A DNA stretch of 30,086 nt from Candidatus Krumholzibacteriales bacterium (GCA_046483305.1 JAWODM010000044.1:1-30086), one strand, 5' to 3'. Shown: positions 1 through 10,025, numbered from the stretch's first letter. Numbers and translations: made by a program. Notes: generated from the sequence alone by a model not told the origin.

Positions 1-954
1 GCTGCCTATATAATGAGGGGTAACAGCTGGGCAGGTTGGGAGATTGGAGAGAAGCAGGCCAAATTCTGGGGTTCGCTTCATGATATTTCCAAGACCAGAG
101 GACTGACAAAGAAGATTTCAAACTGGCTCATAAAAAAAGTCCTTATCCTTTCCTCTTACAATATGTCTGAAGAGAAGATGTTCAGCTATCAGCGAAAATT
201 GAACAGCTACAGGCCGCAGCTGATCACCGGTTACGCTTCGGCTCTTTACCTGTTCGCCAGATTTATAAGGGAAAACAACCTGAACATTTATTCGCCGAAG
301 GGGATAATAAGTTCGGCTGAAACTCTATATGAGCATCAGAGGGAATATATCGAATCTGTATTTGGTTGTGATGTTCTGAATAGATATGGCTGCAGGGAAA
401 CCGGAGATATAGCTCAGGAATGCAAGGAAAAGAAAGGGCTGCATATATATTCTGAACACCTTATTGTTGAGGTTGTTGATGAAGATGGCAATCCCTGCCC
501 CCCAGGCAGGATGGGCGAGCTGGTAGTAACCGATCTGAGTAATTATGTATTTCCTTTTATCAGGTACAAGATAGGAGACCTTGGCGCATTGTCAGATAGA
601 GTATGCCCCTGCGGAAGAAATCTTCCAATGCTGGAAAAAGTCGAGGGGAGGATATGGGATGTTGTCGTTGGAACCAACGGTAACAGGATGGTGGGAGCTT
701 TATGGCATGTGGTAAAGAATGCAGATGGCATTAAACAGTACCAGGTGGTCCAGGAGAAATTAGGCGAGCTGACCCTGAAGTTGGTCGTGGATAAGAATTT
801 TAACAGCGGGGAGAAGGAAAAGCTGATAGATATGATCAGGGAAAAACTGGGAAGGGAAATGAAGGTGGATATCGAGTTAGTCGATACCATCCCCCTTACA
901 GAATCCGGAAAACTGAGGTATGTCATATCAGAGGTCTCACCCTATAAGGAATGA
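1..954 (+). CDS. Phenylacetate-CoA ligase family (CapK-like) adenylate-forming protein, 5'-truncated by window edge
   Basis: Frame is open from base 1 (AAYIMRGN...). Motifs LITGYASAL, SSAETL, NRYGCRE, GELVVTDL, FPFIRYKIGD, VEGRIWD and IPLTESGKLR are typical of PaaK/CapK proteins in polysaccharide loci. Confidence 0.85.
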   Translation, partial: AAYIMRGNSWAGWEIGEKQAKFWGSLHDISKTRGLTKKISNWLIKKVLILSSYNMSEEKMFSYQRKLNSYRPQLITGYASALYLFARFIRENNLNIYSPKGIISSAETLYEHQREYIESVFGCDVLNRYGCRETGDIAQECKEKKGLHIYSEHLIVEVVDEDGNPCPPGRMGELVVTDLSNYVFPFIRYKIGDLGALSDRVCPCGRNLPMLEKVEGRIWDVVVGTNGNRMVGALWHVVKNADGIKQYQVVQEKLGELTLKLVVDKNFNSGEKEKLIDMIREKLGREMKVDIELVDTIPLTESGKLRYVISEVSPYKE

Positions 955-963
955 ACAGGTAAT

Positions 964-2019
964 ATGAATGTCGGCATAGTGATAGGCCAGATAAGAAAAA
1001 TCGGAGGGATGGAAAAGCAGGCTGTTCTTCTTTCGAATCAACTGAAGAAGAGGGGATACGGGACAACGCTGTTTATCGCCGGGCCACGAATGCGAAAATC
1101 AACAGCTATTGACCTGGGTGGAATTAAGTACAGGTATTTATATAATAAACGGTATTCTGGATTTATCAGCAGGAAGCTCCTGAATTATTACTGCCGCAGG
1201 GACGGCATATCCCACCTGATAGCTTTTCATTCAAAAAACGCAGGTCTATGTGTAGATGCAAATATCGGTTGCATAGTCATCTGTAATGTGAGAAGCATAA
1301 AATTCTCAGTTGATAAGGGTTTGGCCAATAAATACAGGGATATTATGAGCAGAGCTGACGGTGTGGTAACCAACAGCGAAAATACTGCCAGGTTGCTCAT
1401 TGAGAAAAAAATAGCACCGGATTGGAAAATCAGGGTTATTCACAATGCCATATATCTTCCGGAATTGAAACCATCCCATGAAGAAGGAACTATTCTTTAT
1501 GTCGGTTCCATTAAGAGCATTAAAGATCCTCTTACCTTTACCAGGGCCTGTGAGTATGTAATAGGGCAGAAGAGAAGAGAGGCCAGGGTGATTATGGTGG
1601 GTGAAGGCCCGATGAGAAAAGCTGTCGCTGATTATATAAAAAGAAATAATCTCGAGAGGCACTTCGTTCTAACCGGAGAAATCCCCCCTGAACAGATTCC
1701 TTATCGGGAAGCCTCTGTATTCGTAAATTCATCGGTACGGGAATCAAGCAGCAACAGTATTCTGGAGGCGCTATCCTTCGGAGTGCCGGTTGTGGCATCG
1801 GATAACCCGGGCAACAGAGATATTCTCGCCGGGTTGAAATATCATCAACTGGTACCGGTGTCGGATTTCACAGCGATGGGTGAGGCAATAGACGGTATGC
1901 TCTGTCTCAGCGACGGGGAGAGAAGAGAGGTGTTTGAGGAATCAAGAGCCTTCATAAGGGATAATTATTGTGTTCCTGAAATAGTCGATCAGTATGTCAG
2001 GTTGTTGAAGAAGTTATGA
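964..2019 (+). CDS. Glycosyltransferase family 4 (GT-B)
   Basis: N-terminal IGGMEKQ, VIHNAI, YVGSIKSIKD, and E-x7-E motif ESSSNSILEALSFGVPVVASDNPG. Confidence 0.9.
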   Translation: MNVGIVIGQIRKIGGMEKQAVLLSNQLKKRGYGTTLFIAGPRMRKSTAIDLGGIKYRYLYNKRYSGFISRKLLNYYCRRDGISHLIAFHSKNAGLCVDANIGCIVICNVRSIKFSVDKGLANKYRDIMSRADGVVTNSENTARLLIEKKIAPDWKIRVIHNAIYLPELKPSHEEGTILYVGSIKSIKDPLTFTRACEYVIGQKRREARVIMVGEGPMRKAVADYIKRNNLERHFVLTGEIPPEQIPYREASVFVNSSVRESSSNSILEALSFGVPVVASDNPGNRDILAGLKYHQLVPVSDFTAMGEAIDGMLCLSDGERREVFEESRAFIRDNYCVPEIVDQYVRLLKKL

Positions 2020-2035
2020 AGGGGAAGAGTCAGGA

Positions 2036-3229
2036 ATGATTTCAATTATGTTTCATTCAGCGGGTTTGAGGGATCTGGAATGGCGTTCTTCGCATATCTC
2101 AGAACCCCTGGATATATTAAAGGCAAAATTTGATGTAATAAGGGACGAAGGATACCGAACCCTTTTCATGAAGGAAGCGGCAGAGCACAGCGGAGACCGG
2201 CGGGACAAACTGATTCACCTGACTTTTGATGATGGTTATCTGGATAACTGGGTTCATATTTTTCCCTTGTTGAGGGAGTACGGTTTCAAGGCCACCATTT
2301 TTGTCAGCGCCGAGTTCATAGATCCAGGGGAAAGTATCAGGGAGCAGAAGCATATTTATGAAAGAGAGCACGATCCGGTCGGTTGTTGCGCGGGATTTCT
2401 TTCCTTCCGGGAGATGAAAGAAATGGAAGCCTCAGGGTTGGTTGAGATACAGAGCCATTCACTGACCCACACATGGTATTTCAATGGACCGGAAATAGTG
2501 GATTTCTGGCATCCGGGAGCTGCCACAGAGGCGGGTGGTCCGGTCTGGATGCTGTGGAACAGATTTCCGGACCGCAAACCTTTTTATCTGCTGGAGGCCT
2601 CTGAGCTGGAAAACAGGATACCTTACGGCTCTCCGATTTACGAGCATGGAAAATCGCTTGAGACTGTGAGATATATTCCTGAAGAGAAAGAGCTTTCCAG
2701 AAGACTGATTCAACTTGCCGGGCAGGAAGGTGGGAGAATATTCCAGAAGCGGGACTGGCATGGTGAACTTCAGAGGCTGGTGGGGGAATACAGGGACAAA
2801 TATGGTATAGAGGGGAGATATGAAAGCAGAGATGAGTATTTGAAGCGGATCAGATTCGAACTGGAAGAGTCGAAACGTATCATTGAAAATGGTCTGGGGC
2901 ACAGTATAGAGGGGATCTGCTGGCCCGGAGGGGGAGTTAACGAGGAATGTTTTAAACTGGCTGGAGAGGCTGGATACAAGTATTTTACTCTCCCCCCCAA
3001 TATAACCTTGCCGGAGATTATCAACTATGCAGAAGGCATAATAAAAAGAATATCATCCCCCCAGGACCTCAGACTGAAAAACAGGTATCTGGGATATCAT
3101 TCCAGAAGTGATTTCAGGCATTATCTCAGAAGTAAGAACGGATATCTAATCTCGGGCTTGCTGTTCCGCCTGGGAAAAGTTAAAAACCTGTTCAGACCCG
3201 GTTCCGGCAGGAAAGTCAGGAATAGTTAG
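2036..3229 (+). CDS. Polysaccharide deacetylase (CE4/NodB-type) with large internal insertion
   Basis: LTFDDGYLDNW, KATIFV, metal-binding IQSHSLTH and distal ICWPGG motif. Purine-rich RBS GAAGGGGAAGAG upstream. Confidence 0.85.
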   Translation: MISIMFHSAGLRDLEWRSSHISEPLDILKAKFDVIRDEGYRTLFMKEAAEHSGDRRDKLIHLTFDDGYLDNWVHIFPLLREYGFKATIFVSAEFIDPGESIREQKHIYEREHDPVGCCAGFLSFREMKEMEASGLVEIQSHSLTHTWYFNGPEIVDFWHPGAATEAGGPVWMLWNRFPDRKPFYLLEASELENRIPYGSPIYEHGKSLETVRYIPEEKELSRRLIQLAGQEGGRIFQKRDWHGELQRLVGEYRDKYGIEGRYESRDEYLKRIRFELEESKRIIENGLGHSIEGICWPGGGVNEECFKLAGEAGYKYFTLPPNITLPEIINYAEGIIKRISSPQDLRLKNRYLGYHSRSDFRHYLRSKNGYLISGLLFRLGKVKNLFRPGSGRKVRNS

Positions 3230-3239
3230 AGGTTCAATT

Positions 3240-5843
3240 ATGAATGGATTCAGAGAATTCAGCCGGAAAAATGCACCTGATGCTAAGGCCCGGTCGATCC
3301 TGCCCCTGACAGGAGTAGTGCTGGCAGTACATTTCCTTGCCCTTTTTCTGGCAGATTCAATACCCGGCCACAAGATAGTATTTCTGATTTTCTTCTCAAC
3401 CATGCTGTTGTTCCCCGGCTATCTTCTTGTCAGGATCACATTCCCCTCAGCCAGGGTATATTTCAAGCTCCTGCTTTCTCTTACCATGGGGACAGTGGTA
3501 ATTTTCACTCTTCTGGTTATTTTTTCACTTATAAGCCTTGATATTTACTATCTATCTTTTCTTATTCCGGCTATCTCGATTCTTATCGCTGCATTGAACT
3601 TTTACAGACCATCGTTCGGCAGGTTTAACTTGCCCAACAACCAGAAACTATCTGGTATTACAATTTCAATATTGATCGCTATAGCGGTTATTGTGACTGT
3701 AATTACCCTTTGTATAGGTGACCCGGTTATATACACTTCGGATTCTCCTGATCACATTGCCTATGTTAGAACGATCACCCGGACTCATGAGGTCTTCCCT
3801 GATGAATTCCTGTATAAGAATGGGGGTATGTTGACCAGAGACATCCGGAAGGGGCTTTTTCACGCGGTATGGGGAGCAGTTAACATTCCTACTGGAAGAG
3901 TTTCAGTTTATCCTGTCTGGCCTCTATTTTCCTGGATAGGTTCGATTTTTCTTCTTCTCAGCATATTCTGTATGGGAATTCAGTTATTCAGGAGTCAATC
4001 AATTGCTGTCCTCGGAGTTATTTTGTATCTTCTCCTCTATCAGGGAGGACAATCGGGCCACCAGTTGATAATGAATGGTTTTGGTTTCTACTTCGGAAAG
4101 ATATTTCTATTCGGATTGCTGATGCTTGTGCCGTTCTATCTAAGGTCAGAGAAGAAGGAATTACTGCTCTTTATTGCGCTTGCGTCATTCGCGGCCATCG
4201 GGACGCATATAAGTTACATAATGATAATTCTTTTCGGGATTTTTGTGTTCTCGCTTTTCGAGATTCTCCAGTCTCCGGGAACTATCCGCAAACAGATGTT
4301 CAAATACTCCATACCATTATTATTCACTATTGTTATTTTCATTAATCTGCCGTACCTTCTAATGCGTTATTTCCTCGATTATAACCCCGCGAACGAAATC
4401 CATACACATGTTCAGGGGATGCTCTACCTGGGCAGCGGCATGGCAGTGGTTAATCCTCTGCTTTTCTTTCAATCAAACGGTTTCCTGATGGCGGTTTCAT
4501 TATTTTCGCTATTCATTCTCTGGAGGAAAAGCCGTGAAGAAAAGAATCTGAGGCTGGTCCTCGGGTCGGTGGCTGCGGTATATGTTCTGGTATTCAATCC
4601 ACTGTGGGTGCCTTATATTATGGACAGAATAACATATCTCATAGTGAGGTTCGGCGCCGTGGTCCCCACCATGCTGATCGGTGCCTATCTGATAATAACG
4701 GTATGGAAGAGTTCCCCCGGTAGCGGCAAGGGAATATCCCGCCCGGCTACAGTTGCCGGGTGGATAATTATAGTACTGTTCATGGTTATACCCTCCTTTT
4801 CAAACTTCACCGATTTCGCATACCTGGGAAGAAGCAGGGATTCAAGTGAAATGAAAAGCGCCCTGAATCTTACTGACCTTTACCGGACCATCAACCGGGA
4901 AGTTCCCCAGGGAAGCATTATAGCATCTGATCCGATCACCAGCTACAGCATACCTGCTTTCTGTGATCAATATGTTGTCTGTACCTATGACCAGCATTCT
5001 ACCCCGAACGATTCAACCGCGCTTGAAAGAATAATGGATTGCCGGGATATTTATCTTCCTTCAGCATCCTGTGCCGGAGTCACAGATATTCTTGATAAAT
5101 ATCAGGCTGATTATATTGTAATAAACGGCCGGATCCCGGCATCGGTCAGGGGTGACTACTGGACCCCCAGCGCTTCGGCCGCGGAGAAAGCATACGGAAG
5201 ACTTGAAAGTTGCGGAGAAATATTCAAAAAGATATATTCACGGAATTCTGTTTATTTATTAGGGTGCCGGAGAGAAAAAGTTACTACCTCAGGGAATAAA
5301 CCGGATTCATTGCTGACCGGGAGTGGCGAGATAATCGGAAGGTTTAAAGGTAATTATAAAAAATTAACCTGGGCAGAAACGGAAGGTATTTATATTAAGG
5401 GCTGGAAAAGCACTTCTGAAATAATAGAAAAGGGAGATACCCTGGCTCTTTATATTGACTGGGTAGCGGACCGAGACCTTAATCCGGGAAACTATACGGT
5501 ACATGTAAGATTCGATACTGATTTCCCGGAAGGAATTCTATACAATCATCATTATGGTAAGGTTTACCGTAAGATAGTTGAAAAGCTCAAAGGAAAAAGA
5601 TACCGTTTCAGAACCAGCCGACTGCCTTTCGATGGTATCTACCCACCCGATAAATGGCCGGCTGATAGAGTAATAAGGGAAAAAATAAAGGTGCGGATAC
5701 CTCAGAATATCTCAGAAGGTATTTATACGGTGTCTGTAAAGATGCAGCGGGCTCCGCATGAACCTAATTACCATTTGAAGGATTTCCTTACTGACGATGA
5801 TGTTTTTGACGGCCCGGATTTGATGAAGATTTACATAAGATAG
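3240..5843 (+). CDS. Large polytopic membrane protein, putative GT-C-fold glycosyltransferase with C-terminal soluble and Ig-like domains
   Basis: More than 12 hydrophobic segments. First large loop has SDSPDH. Post-TM domain VPQGSIIASDP...IPAF, then Ig-like GDTLALYIDW...YTVHVRF...GIYPPDKW...GIYTVSV. Confidence 0.65.
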   Translation: MNGFREFSRKNAPDAKARSILPLTGVVLAVHFLALFLADSIPGHKIVFLIFFSTMLLFPGYLLVRITFPSARVYFKLLLSLTMGTVVIFTLLVIFSLISLDIYYLSFLIPAISILIAALNFYRPSFGRFNLPNNQKLSGITISILIAIAVIVTVITLCIGDPVIYTSDSPDHIAYVRTITRTHEVFPDEFLYKNGGMLTRDIRKGLFHAVWGAVNIPTGRVSVYPVWPLFSWIGSIFLLLSIFCMGIQLFRSQSIAVLGVILYLLLYQGGQSGHQLIMNGFGFYFGKIFLFGLLMLVPFYLRSEKKELLLFIALASFAAIGTHISYIMIILFGIFVFSLFEILQSPGTIRKQMFKYSIPLLFTIVIFINLPYLLMRYFLDYNPANEIHTHVQGMLYLGSGMAVVNPLLFFQSNGFLMAVSLFSLFILWRKSREEKNLRLVLGSVAAVYVLVFNPLWVPYIMDRITYLIVRFGAVVPTMLIGAYLIITVWKSSPGSGKGISRPATVAGWIIIVLFMVIPSFSNFTDFAYLGRSRDSSEMKSALNLTDLYRTINREVPQGSIIASDPITSYSIPAFCDQYVVCTYDQHSTPNDSTALERIMDCRDIYLPSASCAGVTDILDKYQADYIVINGRIPASVRGDYWTPSASAAEKAYGRLESCGEIFKKIYSRNSVYLLGCRREKVTTSGNKPDSLLTGSGEIIGRFKGNYKKLTWAETEGIYIKGWKSTSEIIEKGDTLALYIDWVADRDLNPGNYTVHVRFDTDFPEGILYNHHYGKVYRKIVEKLKGKRYRFRTSRLPFDGIYPPDKWPADRVIREKIKVRIPQNISEGIYTVSVKMQRAPHEPNYHLKDFLTDDDVFDGPDLMKIYIR

Positions 5844-5864
5844 TGTTGGTATAAGCTCGGGAGA

Positions 5865-6788
5865 GTGATTTTGAGCCCCCCAATAAAAAGTAAAATCATC
5901 AATAAGATAAAAGAGAATATTAAGGGTCCGGTTATTCATTCCGAACCCCTGGAGAACCATACCACTTATAGAACTGGCGGTCCAGCGAATCTCCTGGTAT
6001 GCCCATGTAATAGTAATGAGGCGGAATGGTTATACCTGTTTGCCCATCAATATGAAATTCCGTTGACTATTATAGGAGCAGGATCAAATATTATTGCTCC
6101 CCGTCAGGGTATAGATGGGATAGTGATGAAAACCAGGAGTTCTGGAGCATGTCTGGATTTCAAGTCCGGGGATAGAGTGATAGCAGAGTGTGGTGTTTAT
6201 CTGGATTCGTTTATCAGGAAAGCGGCGGAAAACGGGTTGGGGGGTCTTAATGCCCTGGCGGGTATTCCCGGAACGGTTGGAGGCGCAATAGTAATGAATG
6301 CGGGAACAAGAAAAGGTGATATCTCCAATGCAGTTAACTGGGTTGAAGTGGTAACTCCAGAGGGAAGTAGGCTGCTGTTGAATACCGGCGAGATGGAATT
6401 CGGTTATCGTGAAAGCGTTTTCAGGCACCAACCATGGCTGATTTTAAGAGCGGAATTTAAATTGATAAGAGCTGATAGGGAAAAGACCATCAGAGAGATA
6501 AAACAGATCTGGGAGAAACGGAAGCGCTCTTATCCCATGGAGTTGCTAACAGCCGGAAGTGTATTCAAGAATCCAGAGGGTAGACACGCCGGAGAGCTGA
6601 TAGACAAGGCTGGATGCAGAGGCCTGCAGGTGGGTGGAGCAATGGTCAGCAGGCAGCATGCAAATTTCATTGTGAATCTGGGCAGCGCAACCTCAGATGA
6701 TATTATTGAATTGGTAAGAAGAGTCAGAAAAGAGGTTTTTAAGAAGTTTGGTGTTTTTTTACGGCTGGAGCAGAAAATAATCCGATAA
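5865..6788 (+). CDS. murB: UDP-N-acetylenolpyruvoylglucosamine reductase (short, type II-like)
   Basis: HTTYRTGGPA, IIGAGSN, GIPGTVGGAIVMNAG, FGYRES, AGSVFKNP, HANFIVN and C-terminal LRLE. Catalytic Arg/Ser/Glu equivalents present. Start is GTG 5865 or TTG 5871. Confidence 0.93.
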   Translation: MILSPPIKSKIINKIKENIKGPVIHSEPLENHTTYRTGGPANLLVCPCNSNEAEWLYLFAHQYEIPLTIIGAGSNIIAPRQGIDGIVMKTRSSGACLDFKSGDRVIAECGVYLDSFIRKAAENGLGGLNALAGIPGTVGGAIVMNAGTRKGDISNAVNWVEVVTPEGSRLLLNTGEMEFGYRESVFRHQPWLILRAEFKLIRADREKTIREIKQIWEKRKRSYPMELLTAGSVFKNPEGRHAGELIDKAGCRGLQVGGAMVSRQHANFIVNLGSATSDDIIELVRRVRKEVFKKFGVFLRLEQKIIR

Positions 6789-6866
6789 TTAAATTATGGT
6801 ATTATATTAATTTTCGAAGAGAGGAAAATAAAAATATTACCGGGCAGCCACAACCCTTAAGGTTCA

Positions 6867-8912
6867 ATGATTAAAATGAGCTTAAGAAACAAAATATTGC
6901 TGTTTTTTCTTTTTTTAACAGCCCTTTCTCTGTTTTTTCCCTTCCCCGGGCCACTGAAGGTTATAGCGGGTGCTGCTCAGGTATTCGTGATCCCGGGGCT
7001 GGTTGTTTTATGCTTTCTCGGCGATAAAAAAGGGCCCTGGACAGACAGCTTATTTTTCATCCCGATTATTTCTCCTGTTTTCTTCACTCTGTCCGTTCTT
7101 GTTATCTGCCTTGTTACCGGGAACCTTGATTTTTCTCTGAGGTTCTCCGCGGGACTATTCTATCTTATGTTGATAGTCAGCTTATTATCGGGCAGGTTCG
7201 ATTATGGAGTCAGGGGATCGCAGGTACCCCGTAGCGTGATTCTGCTTTCTATCGGATACGGCCTGTTGATAGCTCTATCATATTATATCAACGATGTGCT
7301 TCTGATCAGATCGGATGCCTGGTACCATGCATCTGTTACCAGAGAAATACTTTCCAGGGGGATTCCTCCGATGGAACCATGGCTCCCGGATAAACCGATC
7401 AGGTATATGTGGATTTATCATCTGTTTATCGCTTCTTGGAAGCGGCTCTCCGGGTTGCCGCTTTTCAAGTCGATGGTAGCGTTGAATGTGATTAGCGCTT
7501 TAAGCTTTCCATATCTCATAGCACGAATTTCTGCCTTCTTCATTGAAGAAAGGAAGAAGATATTTTTCGTTTCCCTGATAGCTGTTGCCGGACTTGAATC
7601 TGCTTCCTGGATCGCCTGGCCCCTGATTTTCGCGAGGGTATTCGGGGGGGAGGTCTCCGGAGTGGTCGAAGTGAAAAGGATACTGGGGGAGGTATCATTT
7701 AACGGTCCGGGCATGATCCATACTCTTGCACCGTTCCCCACCTATATGGTTAACCTCACTGACAAATTCATAACCGTAACATCTTTCAGTTATTCCTTCA
7801 TACTATTTCTTTTAACCTTCATAATCTTTATCTCACGTGATTATTTGAAAAGAACAACCGTGAGATCGACCCTGTTTATTGGCTTTCTCGTTCTGGGTTC
7901 ATTTCTGTTTCATATAGTAATCGGCACCGCCCTTATATGTACCCTGATTGGGACGGCTGCGGTTTTGATTATACTCAGACTCTCCAGGAAGCATTTCAAT
8001 GAAAACTATTCTCTGATCATTCTTCCTGCAGTGGCGGCAGCAGCCGCAGGCATAGTGGGGATGCCGTATTTGATATCACTCGGAGGCACAGAGACAGGTG
8101 GGGGCAATTTCCTGTACGAATACACCCATTTTGGATTTAAATCTCTAATTACTATAATGCTTCCGCTTGGAATATTATTCTGCCCTGCCTGGCGTGCAGT
8201 AAGAAAAATTTTCAATTCTGAAAGGGATGAATATTTCTATGTTGCCAGCTGGTTGATAGTGATGTTCATTCTTGCAATAGTAGTCGATTTACCCTCGGGG
8301 ACTGAGGACAAACTGATATTCCCGCTGTTCCTTCTCCTGGGCCCTATTATTTATATTGAAATCCTGGCGATAATAGCTGAAGCGAGAGGGAAGAGAAGAA
8401 GTATCCTTATTGCCTGGGTAATTCTGCTTTTTGCCGTTCCGCCGGTGCTGACCTTCAGGGGTTTTATGGATTTTAATTCAGACGAAGCGGGAATATCCTC
8501 AAGAAAACAGATGTACATCTCCAACAGAACTCTTTTCAGAATTGTCGAAGAAAATACCGCCCCGGATGATATTGTAGCCGAGAATGGATTTGACCATCTT
8601 GCGCCGGTTTTTTCAGGACGGCGTAATCTTGCCGGGGAATTTAAGCTGGCCAGAGTTTATGGTTATGATATTGATTACATCAACCGATATTTGCATATAA
8701 ACAGGAATCTTTTTTCGAAAGAGGATATCAGCGAGATAACTGTAAGAGAACTCTCAGGGGAAGAATTTGAGCTGTATTTGGTGGTAACTGACAGAGATAT
8801 CAGGCAGAATGCTTATCTTGCGGATAAGTTTAGAAGAAACAGCAGCTTCTTCAAACCAATATACTCTGGAAAAGATGGTATATTGTATAAATTCATAAAA
8901 TCCATGGAGTAG
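6867..8912 (+). CDS. Large polytopic membrane protein, putative GT-C-fold glycosyltransferase (related to 3240-5843)
   Basis: Many TM helices. RSDAWYHASVTREI loop, PPMEPWL...IRYMWIYH, and C-terminal ENTAPDDIVAE...PVFSGRRNLAG domain. Confidence 0.65.
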   Translation: MIKMSLRNKILLFFLFLTALSLFFPFPGPLKVIAGAAQVFVIPGLVVLCFLGDKKGPWTDSLFFIPIISPVFFTLSVLVICLVTGNLDFSLRFSAGLFYLMLIVSLLSGRFDYGVRGSQVPRSVILLSIGYGLLIALSYYINDVLLIRSDAWYHASVTREILSRGIPPMEPWLPDKPIRYMWIYHLFIASWKRLSGLPLFKSMVALNVISALSFPYLIARISAFFIEERKKIFFVSLIAVAGLESASWIAWPLIFARVFGGEVSGVVEVKRILGEVSFNGPGMIHTLAPFPTYMVNLTDKFITVTSFSYSFILFLLTFIIFISRDYLKRTTVRSTLFIGFLVLGSFLFHIVIGTALICTLIGTAAVLIILRLSRKHFNENYSLIILPAVAAAAAGIVGMPYLISLGGTETGGGNFLYEYTHFGFKSLITIMLPLGILFCPAWRAVRKIFNSERDEYFYVASWLIVMFILAIVVDLPSGTEDKLIFPLFLLLGPIIYIEILAIIAEARGKRRSILIAWVILLFAVPPVLTFRGFMDFNSDEAGISSRKQMYISNRTLFRIVEENTAPDDIVAENGFDHLAPVFSGRRNLAGEFKLARVYGYDIDYINRYLHINRNLFSKEDISEITVRELSGEEFELYLVVTDRDIRQNAYLADKFRRNSSFFKPIYSGKDGILYKFIKSME

Positions 8913-8988
8913 AATAATATGGACGTGAAACACCCTGCCCGGATACGAACCTCTTTCTACTCTGCCCTTCCGGAGTGCTCCGTTTTCT

Positions 8989-9825
8989 CTATTTTATTGC
9001 CACCACTATACAGTTTATAAGAATCTTTATCGGAGGCAACCCGGCCAATTTCCTGGCCAGAGAATGAGGCATCTTTTCCAGTATCTTTTCAGTGAATTTT
9101 ATTATGGTGAATGGGAACATCTCGAAGATATATTTATTTCCTATTCGAATTATAAAACTTATACTCGGAAATCCGGCTTTTTTAAACAGCTCGACCAGTT
9201 CGGTTACTGTGTATTCCCTTAAATGAAAGCATGTAGCTATCTCATCAAAGTATCTTGAAATGTCATGAGGCCCATTTAATCTATTGGGAGTAATACATAG
9301 ATATTTCCCCCCCGGCTTTAAAACATTATAGATATTTCTTACCTGGTTCATTGCATCATCCGGATGAAGATGTTCCATCATCTGATTGCTGAAAACAATG
9401 TCTACACTGGCATTTTCAAGAGGGATACTGACCCCATCTGATAATATAAAATGAAAATTTTCCGGCCATTCGCAGTCCCGGCTGACCTCATCAGATACAT
9501 CCAGGGCGTATACCAGTTTGACATGTTTTGAGACCTCTCGTGACAGGAGGCAGTCGCCCGGGCCGATCTCCAGGAAATTAATATCCGGACCCAGATAGCG
9601 TTTAAGGAATCTCATCTTGGCATTAATCTTATTGATTTTTTCCTGGTAGTTCTCGTTTCTGGTCCATCTGGGATGGTGGGGCAGTTTATGGTATAATTCG
9701 TTATAGAGTTCAGTATATAACTTTTTTCTCTCTTCCCTGGAAGAATTCCTTAATCTATTTGCAAGTTTCTTCTCCAGAAGATAGTGTTCTCTTATCTGTT
9801 CGGGGCTTCTCTTATTAGTTGCCAT
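8989..9825 (-). CDS. Class I SAM-dependent methyltransferase
   Basis: Motif I FLEIGPGDC, YALDVS, SVDIVFSNQMMEHLHP, LKPGGKYLCITPN and FHLREYT. Confidence 0.9.
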   Translation of the reverse strand: MATNKRSPEQIREHYLLEKKLANRLRNSSREERKKLYTELYNELYHKLPHHPRWTRNENYQEKINKINAKMRFLKRYLGPDINFLEIGPGDCLLSREVSKHVKLVYALDVSDEVSRDCEWPENFHFILSDGVSIPLENASVDIVFSNQMMEHLHPDDAMNQVRNIYNVLKPGGKYLCITPNRLNGPHDISRYFDEIATCFHLREYTVTELVELFKKAGFPSISFIIRIGNKYIFEMFPFTIIKFTEKILEKMPHSLARKLAGLPPIKILINCIVVAIK

Positions 9826-10025
9826 GTCTGATATCCCAGTCTACAGGCAAGAGAGTTACCTTTTAATTAACTTAATGCTATCTTTTGTAATAGAATTTGT
9901 AAATGTTTTATATTGAGAGCATTGTAGTCCACGCGGATAGTAGATAATAAAGTTTTCTTCTGGCATAGTAATGTCTCAAACTCCTTAATTTTCCGGCTTC
10001 AAGAAATGCAATAATTACAGCAAAC

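Noticed and set aside
3240..8912. Calling the two membrane proteins canonical AglB/PglB oligosaccharyltransferases
   Set aside because: Neither has the WWDYG sequon-binding motif; only a general GT-C-like call is supportable.
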